Source: Patescibacteria group bacterium (lineage in GTDB: Bacteria > Patescibacteriota > Dojkabacteria > J137). From it: 64,000 nt of DNA. The stretch spans positions 75,569-139,568 of the forward strand of contig BOLA01000001.1 of the NCBI GenBank assembly GCA_016861265.1, written 5' to 3'. The notes under the pieces are model-generated. The model did not search any database. It was not told where the DNA came from and saw only the letters and a list, made by a program, of their open reading frames with translations. Position numbers and translations under genes: made by a program. Shown here in pieces: positions 1-11,500 of the stretch (positions are counted from its first letter, which is position 1; each line of letters starts with the position of its first letter).

Positions 1-2
1 AG

Positions 3-131
3 ATAATTGCGCAGATTCCGGTATCTATAGCAACAGCTTATATAAGCTTCTTTGTTTACCCTAAAATATTAGGAAACCTTTATAGAGGTATTATTAACAA
101 AGAAGAGGAGCTTAAATTCCTAAGAAGTTAA
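3..131 (+). CDS. 3' end of a gene that starts upstream of the window; C-terminal fragment of a hydrophobic (membrane) protein
   Basis: Open frame from the window edge (..IIAQIPVSIATAYISFFVYPKILGNLYRGIINKEEELKFLRS*). TAA at 129-131. Followed by an intrinsic terminator. Confidence 0.3.
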   Translation: MIAQIPVSIATAYISFFVYPKILGNLYRGIINKEEELKFLRS

Positions 132-135
132 CAAA

Positions 136-369
136 TTAAGGCAGAATACTGCTAGTTTCAGTATATCTGCCTTTTTTTATAATAATAGGACCCTTAGGAC
201 CATCTACTTCTGTTTCGACCTCTTCCTCCCAAATCCATTCTATATTCTCCTCGCCTTCCTCTTCCTCTTCTATAAAGCCTTCTTCTAGCTCTATATTATC
301 GTCGGAATCCTCATCTGGAATAATATATGCACATTGGTATTTATTGTAGTTTAGTAGAATTTCTGTCAT
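136..369 (-). CDS. Hypothetical highly acidic small protein (77 aa; Glu/Asp-rich)
   Basis: ATG-to-stop ORF. Its 3' end runs through the terminator hairpin, so it is doubtful. No recognizable domain. Confidence 0.25.
   Translation of the reverse strand: MTEILLNYNKYQCAYIIPDEDSDDNIELEEGFIEEEEEGEENIEWIWEEEVETEVDGPKGPIIIKKGRYTETSSILP
140..178 (+). terminator. Rho-independent terminator (hairpin GGCAGAATACTG/CAGTATATCTGCC plus a T7 run)
   Basis: Inverted repeat at 140-171 followed by TTTTTTT at 172-178. Lies between convergent genes. Confidence 0.6.
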
Positions 370-447
370 AGAATTAATACGTTTAGTTCTAAGATATTAA
401 CTCTACCCTTAAAAAATCGTCAAACCCTAAATCGCATTTACGTAACA

Positions 448-1308
448 CTATTTTTCTGATATTCTTTTAATATCTTTATAGTTTTCTCGTAGATACTCGA
501 AAAGAAATTGACCAGCATACGCTGTATTTTCTCCAAAATAATTAAAGTACCACTTCCTAAGCTCAGAATATTTTGTTTTATTGTTAATGTTATAAAGTTC
601 AAATAAAACTCTTTGTGCCCAAATATCTATAGGTGTAACTGAATAAAATCCTAATGAAAAAGTTAGTACACAATCGGCAACTTTATCGCCTACACCATTA
701 AATTTTAATAATTCACTTCGTGCGTTTTCTTCTGTTAAAAGTTGCAATTGCTGACCTATATTCTTATTTGCCACAAGGGTTTTTGAAGCTTCTATTAAAT
801 ATTTTGCACGAAATCCTGCTCCACATTTTTTAATTTGTTCTTCTGTTAGTGTAGAAATAACTTCTGGTGTGGGGAAAGTATAAAAATCGAAACCGTCAAT
901 ATTGTATTTAGTTCCATAATTTCTAGAAAGCTCTCTAATAACTTTTCTCACTGCCTTAATATTTTTATGTGCAGTTAAAATAAATGAAAGAAGGGTTTGA
1001 TCAAAGTCTTGTTTTAGAATTTGTACATTCTGAACTTTATTTATTGCAAGTACAATATTCTGGTCCTTACTTATTAAAGAAAGAATCGTATCAAAATTAT
1101 CTTTAAAATTCAGATAGTTTTTAACATATAGGGTATCATCCAAATTCGGGTAGGTTTGCCAGAAAATTCCTTGTTCTGAAGGTATAAGTTTAATAATTTT
1201 ATCTATAGTAAAGCCATAATAAGCATTATTTATAAAATCCCAATTGAAGGCCTGTCCCCCTAAAAGTGTTTTTTCCAGATTGTAGTTTTCTAGCTTTAAA
1301 AAATTCAT
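448..1308 (-). CDS. ogg: 8-oxoguanine DNA glycosylase / AP lyase (Ogg1-type, HhH-GPD)
   Basis: N-terminal LGGQAFNW motif (compare hOGG1 SGQSFRW). HhH-GPD catalytic motif FNGVGDKVADCVLTFSLG contains the Lys and Asp (compare hOGG1 GVGTKVADCI). Confidence 0.85.
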   Translation of the reverse strand: MNFLKLENYNLEKTLLGGQAFNWDFINNAYYGFTIDKIIKLIPSEQGIFWQTYPNLDDTLYVKNYLNFKDNFDTILSLISKDQNIVLAINKVQNVQILKQDFDQTLLSFILTAHKNIKAVRKVIRELSRNYGTKYNIDGFDFYTFPTPEVISTLTEEQIKKCGAGFRAKYLIEASKTLVANKNIGQQLQLLTEENARSELLKFNGVGDKVADCVLTFSLGFYSVTPIDIWAQRVLFELYNINNKTKYSELRKWYFNYFGENTAYAGQFLFEYLRENYKDIKRISEK

Positions 1309-1430
1309 ATGTAAAATTATAACTTAAGGGTTCAAATATAAGGCCCATGTACCTAAACGCTCTAAAATATAGTATAATTTCACCTGCATTTAGAGTAGTT
1401 CTTTAGAACTTTGCAAATTGTATTGACCCT

Positions 1431-1501
1431 TCGGGGTTCGTCTAATGGTAGGACAGCAGCCTTTGAAGCTGTTGATTGGGGTTCGAGTCCCTGACCCCGA
1501 A
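1431..1501 (+). tRNA. tRNA-Gln (anticodon UUG)
   Basis: Manual cloverleaf. Acceptor TCGGGGT/ACCCCGA. D-stem GTCT/GGAC. Anticodon stem GCAGC/GCTGT with loop CTTTGAA (anticodon TTG). T-arm TGGGG-TTCGAGT-CCCTG. Discriminator A. CCA is not encoded. Confidence 0.8.
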
Positions 1502-1545
1502 GAGTCAATATAATTAAACTCTGTTTTTACTTCTATTTATATTTC

Positions 1546-2505
1546 ATGTTTAAAGATTTAACTACAGCAAAATTTAAAGCAGGTAAGGGTGGAGACGGAA
1601 GAGTATCTTTTGTTTCCAGAAATGCACGCAAACTTTCCGACGGAGGAGTAGGTGGACCTGGAGGTGACTTTTACGTAGAAGGTACAACAAATCTTTATGA
1701 CCTAAGTTTTATAAAAAGAGATGAAGTATTTAAAGCAGAAGATGGTCAAATTGGTGGAACAAACAATTCAACAGGTAAGAATGGTTCAGACTTTACACTT
1801 AAATTACCTGTGGGAACAAGCATATATAATCTAAATGGGGACCTAGTACATAGAATTGAAGAGCCTAATATAAGAGTTAAATTGTTGAGTGGAGGTAAGG
1901 GTGGAAAAGGTAATCTTTCATTTAAATCCCAAGGTCTGGAAGCACTTTATGAGCATACAGATGGTGATCTAGGACAGGAACTTGATGTTAGATTGGAGCT
2001 AGAGCTTATTAGCGATGTAATCTTTATAGGCTTACCAAATGCTGGAAAGTCTTCGATATTAAACGAAATTACAAATGCGAATGCCAAGGTGGCTTCTTAT
2101 GCTTTTACAACATTAATTCCACAACTAGGTAGACTAGATAATATTACATTAATGGACCTGCCTGGATTAATTGAAAAAACATTTGAAGGCAAGGGACTTG
2201 GAACCCGATTTGTAAAACATACAAAATCAGCTAAACTTGTTCTTCATTTTATAAGTCTTGAGAATACCGATTTAATTGAAGCTTACAATACAATAAGAAC
2301 CGAGTTAAAGAATATTGATGATAGACTTTACGAACTTCCGGAAATTATTGTACTTACAAAAACTGATACAATAGATGATATTCAGCAGATAAAAAAGGCT
2401 GAAGATCAATTTAAGAAACTTAATAAGAAGGTTATTTCTGTTTCAATTGCTGACGATAACAGCCTTGACCAATTAACGACGATAATCAAGACCTTCTTTA
2501 ATTAA
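1546..2505 (+). CDS. obg: GTPase Obg/CgtA
   Basis: Gly-rich Obg-fold N-domain (GKGGDGRVSF, GGPGGDF, GGKGGKGN). G-domain P-loop GLPNAGKSSILN. DxxG and TKTD (NKxD-like) motifs. Confidence 0.9.
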   Translation: MFKDLTTAKFKAGKGGDGRVSFVSRNARKLSDGGVGGPGGDFYVEGTTNLYDLSFIKRDEVFKAEDGQIGGTNNSTGKNGSDFTLKLPVGTSIYNLNGDLVHRIEEPNIRVKLLSGGKGGKGNLSFKSQGLEALYEHTDGDLGQELDVRLELELISDVIFIGLPNAGKSSILNEITNANAKVASYAFTTLIPQLGRLDNITLMDLPGLIEKTFEGKGLGTRFVKHTKSAKLVLHFISLENTDLIEAYNTIRTELKNIDDRLYELPEIIVLTKTDTIDDIQQIKKAEDQFKKLNKKVISVSIADDNSLDQLTTIIKTFFN

Positions 2506-2506
2506 G

Positions 2507-5500
2507 CTACATTTCAAATTTACCCAATGCTTCTTCGGTTTTTCTCATTGGGAATTCAATAGTAATTTGTTGCTTGTTTTTTACTTCAACTTTAACTAAA
2601 GTTTGGCCTGTGGCACTATTGAATCTTTCATATTTCTTACTTAGTCTATCTGTATCTAATTCATAACCTGCTGCATTAACCTGTAAATGATAGCTTCCTG
2701 GCTCTAGCTTAAATCCAAATCTTCCTTCTTCATCGGTAAGTTGAACATCTATTTGTCTTCCTTGGTTTATATCGAATACTCTTACACTTGCACTCTTTAT
2801 TCTATTAAAGTTAGTACTATCGAACACATAACCCCATTCTCGTTTTCGAGCATTAAGCAGGATTAATACTAGTAATTGAATTAAGTAGACACTTGCTACA
2901 AAGTAGTTAAAGATATTTGGTGTTGTAACTAGTGCAACAACAGAAACTATAAAACCTACAATAACTATAGAATTATTTATTCTAGGTAAGTTTCTCTTTG
3001 CTTTCTCTCTAAATCTTATTAACAAATCCTTAAATGTATTCTTTTTAACTGTATTTCTATTTAATCCAATATTTTTTGCTGCAATTCCTTCGTTTTCGTT
3101 AATTGTTATTTCAAATTTCTCGAAATGGTAATCTGCGTGTTTTACTTCTAGGGTATAGGTACCTTTATTTACTAGGAATCCATATTTACCGTCAAATCCT
3201 GTTACTATTTGCTTCTGAATCTTACCCACCTCATCGTAAATTCTTACTTGAACAAATGGTATTGGTTCTTTACTAACTTCGTCGAACACTACTCCCCAAG
3301 TGCTTTTTCTTCTTCGTTTTCCTATCCATGGGATTGCATAAATTACCATTCCAGGATAAGTAGTTATATTAATAATTCCAGTAGCAATTGTTGTAATAGT
3401 TAATATTACAGGGACTACATTCTCACTAATTAGTTCAACATTTTTGTTTGGATAGTAAGGCAAGTACTTTGCTAGCGGCACTACAACATTCTCCACACAA
3501 GTTCGTTCAACACTAGCACAAATAATCTGATAATACATATCTCGCTTTCCATCCAGATTCGATAAATCAAGAGTAGCGGTATGATTCATTAGTTTTTTAT
3601 CTTCAGAGAATATATAGCTTAGATTCTTTGAATCGTTGCCGTAGTGAATTTTGCAGATTGTTTCTTCGGCAGTGTTAAATCTTATAACGGCTTGACCGTT
3701 AGAATTAAATGCATACGAATTTGCATTATTAATACATTGTCTTGCCTCGCTTACAGGAACAATTTCCCCATTGCCGGTTACGAATGTCCCTTCCTCTGAT
3801 GCGTTTTTACCTGCATTTGAAGTTGCGTTTATTCTAAAAATATATTGAGTATCTGATTGAAGATCATTAATTGTTGTACAGTGATTTTCGACATACTCTG
3901 TTTCCTGCTCTGTGGAATTAGTATATATTTCGGTTGAGGCAATTCCATATTGAATTGTTCCTACAGTAGCAATATTTGTCTTCCAGCATACTCTCTGTGA
4001 TGTTGAACTTAATTGTTCCGTAATTATATTCGTGATTTCTATATCAGCCAGACAGATTAATTGATTAGGATTTTCGGCACAAATATTATTTGGATTAACT
4101 AAAATATTTGTACTTACTGCTTTTAGTAATGTGTTCTGATTATCTTGCACTGTAATAGTATAAATTCCAGATTCAACAAATTTAGCTCCGTTATTAAATA
4201 CTTTCTTTCCTGAATCATCTGTACCAAATGTGTATTCAACTGGCAAGACGGCACTTGCAGAAGTTGAGCTGAAGCCAACTGTACCTTTATAAAAGCCGTC
4301 ATTAGTGTTTTGGGCATTTAGTGCATCTACCGTTAGATCAATAGTATCTCCAATTTTTATACTTGTATTGCTTGGTGTAATCTTTAGGCTCTGAGTAGAA
4401 TTTGCTACGTTTATTATTATGGTATCTGTTAGTGAATCCACAAGAATATCTTTTACTGTTAGGGTAAACTCTCCGGCTTTAGCAAATACTAGCTCATCTT
4501 GGAATTCGTGAACACCGCTATCTTCAATTGTGTATTGATAGTTATTAGGTAGAGTTATATTTGGACTTGCATTAGAGCTAAAGTTTACTGTGCTGAAATA
4601 ATCATCTACAATATTCCCCTCTTCATCTTTTGCAGTAACTTTAACCGTAACTGAGTCACCAACAAGAACTGAAGTAGCCTCACTTTCAAGTTCCAATGTT
4701 GTCGCATCTGATTGAGGTAAAGGCGGATTAACTTTTATTGGTACTGTTGTTGCTGTTAGGGAATTATTATTAACATCGGTTACAGTTACTGTATAAGTTC
4801 CTTCCTGAGTAAATACTAATCCTCCCACAAATTCTCTTAGTCCATTATCGATTAATGTAAATGTGTAGTTTAGAGGAAGAATTGCTTCTTCTGCAGCTGT
4901 TGATGTAAAGGAAACGGTACCTCTATAATAAGTATCAGGCTGACTTAACCCATTTAAACCACTTACTGTTAATGTAATTGGATCTCCTGCATTTACCTCT
5001 GTCAGGTTTGGCACAATGCTTAGACTCTGAATTGAAGGGTTAACCGTTATAACTTCTGTAGTGTCTGTAATGCCTCCGTTCGATGTATCAGTTACAGTTA
5101 TTGTATAAGTACCAACTTGATTGAACACAACATTGTTGAATGTATGTTGTCCGCTATCACCACCGTTAAATGTATAGTTGCCAGGTAAATTTACAGTACC
5201 TCCTGCAGTAGAACCAAATGTAACAGTTCCAGTATAGTTTGGATAAATCTCTGAATATTGATCGAATGCCCTGATTACAAGATTAAGTGATTCACCTTGT
5301 ACTACGGTTGTTTTGCTAGGAGTAATGGTTATATCCTGCATTGCTGCCGGAGGCAGATTAACTGTAATTGTTGCAGTTGTAGCAGTTAGAGAAGTGGATG
5401 CAGTATCACTAACTGTTATTGTATAAGTACCTGCTTGTGTGAATACAACTTGATCAACAAAGGTATGTGTACCATTATCTGCTTCTGCGAAGACATAATT

Positions 5501-8500
5501 ACTTGGCAAACTGCTATTACCGTTAGGAGTATTGCTAAATGTTACCGTTCCTGTATAAGTTGGGTCGTTTTCATTAGAACTATTCTTTGCATTAACCTGA
5601 ACTGTAATTGGTTCACCTACAATTACAGTAGTTTTGTTAGGTATAATTTCTAAACCAACCGTGTTCGATACAACAAAGTCTGCTTGATTACTTGCATTAT
5701 TACCAAATTCAGTCCAAGCACCTAAGACGTTTGTATCCTGATTTAATACTCTAGCTCTCCATTTGTATTCATTTCCAGGAATAAGTCCTTCCACACTTAC
5801 TTCTGAAACTAATGGAATTCCACCCGAGTATTCAAGTTCAGGTGCATTATAAACACCTGCAAAAACAGTATTGCTATAATCAGGTTTAATTTCTCCTCTT
5901 AGTAAATTAGCGGCAGTAAATGTTTCGTTTAATCCTACCACCTCAAATTCTGCTACTAAGGATTGCGGATTACCTACATTTGCTCCTGGATCACTCACAC
6001 TGGCTTTAAGTTTAACAATATTCTCACTTGTTAATCCTCCAACAGGGATATTAGTTTCACCATCAGTCTTATATTGATCTTTAAAAGATGGTGTTGCTGG
6101 AATACTTGTAATTGCGGGATAAGTTCCAACTTGTCCACTTTGACCTCCTACAGATGTTCCATTTGCTATTGTTACAGTCCCTGTTGCTTCACAAGGTCCT
6201 TGAGTATATAGGATCGAGACCCTTCCACCACCACCTCCTCCTCCATCAAATGAATCGTCACCTCCATTACCACCTCGAGCATTTAATGTACCTGTTATAG
6301 AACAGGTTTGTCCTTCTACTAATATCGACCCTCCGGCTCCACCACCTCCTCCAGGAGAGGCTGTTCTTCCATTTTCCCCACTAACGTCAATTGTTCCTTT
6401 TATTAAGACATTACCAGTCCTCGCTCTAATTGCGACTGCACCACCACCGGCTCCCCCTGCTGCACCTGTTCCTGCCCTTCCTCCTCCTGAGCCGATTGTT
6501 AGCGGAGCTCTTTGATTACCATAGAATGTTCCTCCTTGTGCACTTGGGTTAGTTCCGTCTCCCTCACTTTGTCCACCTGAACCTCCGTGTCCGCCTCCAG
6601 CTCCTCCTGATTGACCTATACCATTGCTACCTTTTCCAACCCCACCACCAGATGGGAATCCCAGAGCTTTTGCATTAAAGGTTGCTCCCGTTTCTAAGGT
6701 AAAGTTTCCAGTTAGATAAAAGACAGGTCCTCGACCTCTCTTGTCATTAAATTCAATCCAGGAGTATGTATTTTTATATATATTAATCTCAGTTGCATTT
6801 AAAGCTCTTGGATACATAAATACTTCATCTATTACTCCTACAAAGCCTGTTGAAGAACCTAACCCTCCTTTTCCTATTGAAATCTTTGTAATAGGAAGTG
6901 TGTAATTAGTTTCTAAATTTTGCGAAATAACTTCATTACCATCTACATAGATCTTTCTTACGCCGGTTGGCGCGTCATATGTGGCTACTATATGTCTCCA
7001 TTGATTTTCCGGCAAATAATTACTGCTTCCATAAACCCTAATCTCTGCTAAATTCAAATAATCTGAATTTAGTTTAGTTAACCTAACATATCTAGTATTA
7101 ACTGGGGAGAAATTATATGTACTTGGTCTACCTACAGTTTGTCCTGATAAATTTAATACCTCAGTTTGTTCCCCAGTAAATGCTCCAGTATCCGAAACTT
7201 CAATTTTAAATGCAGTAATTCGAGCTTGGCAACAATCACTTCTATTCCAAATATCTATTTTGCTTATTGTATTAATTGCTCCTAAATCTACTTGTATCCA
7301 TTCGCCAACTCCATTACCAGAAGAATGACATACATTTGATAAGTTACCATCAAAACACACACCACCACCGTTAGCAGCAATATTATTTTGATATACAGAA
7401 CTCATTGTGGCTGATTTTCCTGTAGAAATAACACCTGTTGATAATTTAGATGGCCATTCAAATCTTAAATTACCATTATCATCTATATCTAAACTGCTTG
7501 TTGTTGCAATATTATTAAAATTGATTAACTCTTCAGCATCTGAACTGTTTGCAGTAAACTGTTCTAATTTAGCCCACATACCTACTGTAAAGCTTGTTAC
7601 ATTTAACGTTTCTAAATCAATTTCTGCATAATTACTTCCATTAAGTTCTAAGCCTTTTCCAACCCTTCCTTCCATCGTTCTGTTTGATCCAAAGGAGTTT
7701 AGATGCCTATTATTTCCTGAGGCATCACAGTAATCCCCTCCATTTGCACAATTATCATCATTTTCTTCTTCAAAATTCCAGATAGCTAATGCATCTCCAA
7801 TATTTTCAACATTACCACCTTCAGACAACGTTTCATTGCTTCTTAATGCTAAATGATCTTGTCGCATTGTTGAATAAACGTTTGTACCGATGTAAACATT
7901 GTTAAAGTAATAGTCTCTTGCTTCAAATGGCATAGTTGTACCTCCCGCCCCGGCATTATCTATGTATAGATCTCCTCTTTTGGGATCAACTACACCTTTT
8001 TGTTCAATATAAACGGTTCCTGGACCGCCACCTCCTCCTCTAGCATAAATATAGTTATATACTGGATTACTCCCTAAATTAGTAAAGTAATTTCCATTTG
8101 AATAGTAAAGAGCAACTCTACCTCCCGATGGATACCCTCCACCACAATTATATTGTGCTGTTCCATTCGCTCTTACAATACCTGTTGTGCCAGTAGAATT
8201 TAATGTATTTGTATCTATCCAAATACTTCCACCTGTACCCCCTGTTCTACCGCAACTTCCTCCAACAGATGCACCACCAGCTGAAGTAATAATTCCATTT
8301 AAATTGAATGTATCAGAAACTGTTAGCTTAATTGCTCCTCCCCCATTATTTCCTCCTACATTTCCTGGAGCACCTAAATCTTTAGGTTCAAATATATCTC
8401 CGTATGGCTCACCCCCTCCATTACCGTAACCACCGTAACTCATGTATTTACCTGCAGAAGTTCCACTTCCATATCCTTGGTTATCAGCTGTAATAATACC

Positions 8501-11500
8501 TCCTGTATTTAAATCTATATTTTCGGCTACAACATGAGTTCCATAATCGCCATCAGTTCCACTTACTCCATCATCATAGCTGGTCAGTGTTAACACACCA
8601 TATTGTCCAATAGTAATCTTTCCAAATGTATAAGGAGTATTTTTATCGTGTGCCCATGTTTTTGCTCTTAAAATCATTCCTCCAGGAGAAACATTACCTA
8701 AGGTAAAATCGTCTCCATTAACAAGTTGGATGTCTCCATTAATATCAATATCCATTCCATTAATGAATAACTCATCCTCACCTGTGTATAAGAATGTTCC
8801 TCCAACGGTAAAGTCGGGAGAAGAGTTGTCACCCTTCAATGAAGCACCGCTTGTAACAGTTAATATACTGCCTGTACCTAATAACTCAACATTCCCATAT
8901 CTAGTTAAGGTAATTTGGTTAAATTGATAGTTTCCTGCCTCTAAACCAGCTCTCCAGCTATTGCTTCCAGCGTTGTCTACATACAATTTCGCACCTTGTG
9001 ATTGATCCACTCCTGTTTGCTCTACATAAATAGTTCCTGGACCTCCTCCTCCTCCTCTTGCTTGGATGTAATCAGTAAGATTGCTTGCCCCCATGTTTGT
9101 AAAGTAGTTTCCGGTTTCGTAGTAAATAGCAACTCTGCCACCTGAAGGATAAGCACCACCACAGTTGTATTGTGCTGTTCCATTTGCTCTAATAATACCT
9201 GGAGTTGCATCAGAATTTAGCTCTCCTGCCTCTATCCATATACTACCTCCTGAAGCTCCTGCTCTACCACAACTTCCGCCTACTGATGCACCACCTAAAG
9301 AACTAATAGTTCCATTTACCGTTAATAGATTATTAACTTTTAGTCGAATAGCTCCTCCTCCTCTATTACCGCTCGCTCCCCCAGAAGCACCAAGATCCTT
9401 TGGTTGGTAAACACTTCCATATGGAGTAGCACCAGTAGTACCATATCCTCCGTAGCTCATGTATTTACCTGCAGAAGTGCCTGAGCTATAACCTTGGTTG
9501 TCAGCAGATATAATACCTCCAGATGCAACGTTAATACTATCTGCTGTTAAAAATACTCCATAATCTCCAGTAGTACCTGCAACACCATCATCAAAACTGA
9601 CCATAGTCATTGTTCCGTATTGCCCTACACTAATATCTCCAAACGTATATTGATTAGTATTATCGTGAGCCCATGTTTTTGCTCTTAAAGTTAAACCTCC
9701 TGCAAGAGATGTTCCTAGGTTAAAGTCATCACCATTCTCTAATAATATTTCACCTTGAATATCAATCTTTACTCCATTTATAGATAAAATCTCTTCACCT
9801 GTATATCTAAAGGTTCCTGCTACGGCTAAGTTAGGCGATGTAGTATCTCCTTTTAAGGAAGCTCCATTACTTACTGATAAAATACTATTATTTCCCATTA
9901 CAGTTAAATGGCCATATCTGGTTAAGGAAATCTGATCAAATTCATAACTTCCTTCTACCAAACCCGCAGACCGCCCATTTGCACCTGCATTATCAACATA
10001 TAGCTTAGCACCTTTAACTGGGTCGACCCCCACTCTTTCAACATACACAGTACCAGGACCACCCCCTGAAAGACCTCTTGCTTGAACATAATCAGTAACG
10101 TTGTTACTACCCATATTAGTAAAATAGTTACCGTCGTTATAATAAACAGCAACTCTACCTCCAGAAGGATAAATTCCACTACAATTATATTGAGCATTCC
10201 CATTAGCTCTAATTATACCTGGAGTAGAACCAGATACTAAATTATTAGCATTAATCCAAATACTACCTCCTGTACCTGCTGCTCTTCCACAGCTTCCTGT
10301 TACTGAAGCTCCTCCAACAGAGGAAATTGTTCCATTTACAGTAAGTGTATTACTTACGTTAAGTTTAATTGCACCGCCTCCGTTGTTTCCTCCAACACTA
10401 CCAACTGCTCCTAAATCGGTTGGTTCGTAAACATTTCCATATGGCGCTGCTCCATTTGTCCCATATCCACCATATCCAATACTTCTTTCTGTTGTATAAC
10501 CTTGATTATCAGCTGTTATTAATCCACCTGTTTGAATATTAATATTTTCTGCGTTTAAAGTTACGCCATAGTCATTTGTTGTTCCTGCTACACCATCGTG
10601 CGTACTTACTAAAGTAATTACACCAGAAGTACCTACTGTAATGTTTCCAAATGAATATTGATTATCTTTATTATGAGCCCATGTTTTTGCTCTAAATATA
10701 ATTCCTCCAATTGCACTATTACCTACAGTAAAATCATCGACATTCAATAATGAAATTTCACCCTGAATATCAACATCAATTCCATTGATATATAACTCCT
10801 CTTCACCTGTGTATCTAAAGGTTCCTGCTACACCTAAGTTGGATGATGTTGTATCACCTTTTAGGGACGAACCATTACTTACCGTTAAAATACTGTTATT
10901 ACCTAATACTGTTAAATGTCCGTATCTTGTTAATGTAATTTCATCAAATTCATAACTTCCTTCTACTAAACCTGCTGCCCATCCATCAGAACCTGCATTA
11001 TCTACATAAAGTTTTGCACCTTTTACTGGATCTAGGCCTAATTTTTCAATATAAATTGTCCCTGGCCCTCCTCCAGATAAACCTCTTGCCTGTACAAAAT
11101 TAGTTAGATTTGCACTTCCTATGTTAGTAAAGTAATCACCTCCAGTGTAGTAAATTGCAACTCTTCCTCCAGATGGGTAATGACCGCTACAATTGTATTG
11201 AGCATTACCATTAGCAGAAATAACTCCTGCTCCAGATCCATTTATTTGATATGCTTCTATCCAAACACTTCCTCCTGAACCTGCTGCTCTACCGCAACTA
11301 CCACCTACTGCAGCTCCACCAGTAGAAGAAATTGTTCCGTTTACAGTTAATTCATTTCCAATTACCAAATGCATTGCACCTCCACCTCGATTTCCACCTG
11401 CACTGCCAGACGCTCCTAAGTCCTTTGGTTCATAAACATCTCCATATGGAACTGCCCCAGTTGTACCATAACCTCCATATCCTAAATATTTGCCTGCAGT

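Noticed and set aside
8187-9410. P-rich plus-strand ORFs (8187-8429, 9165-9410) and many other 60-130-aa ORFs on the opposite strand or alternate frames inside the two giant genes (e.g. 3209, 5435, 6112, 7407, 39079, 39832, 46339, 48052)
   Set aside because: They are mirror images of the Gly-rich and repeat coding on the minus strand (GGN codons read as NCC gives Pro). They have no RBS and lie entirely within long, well-supported ORFs.
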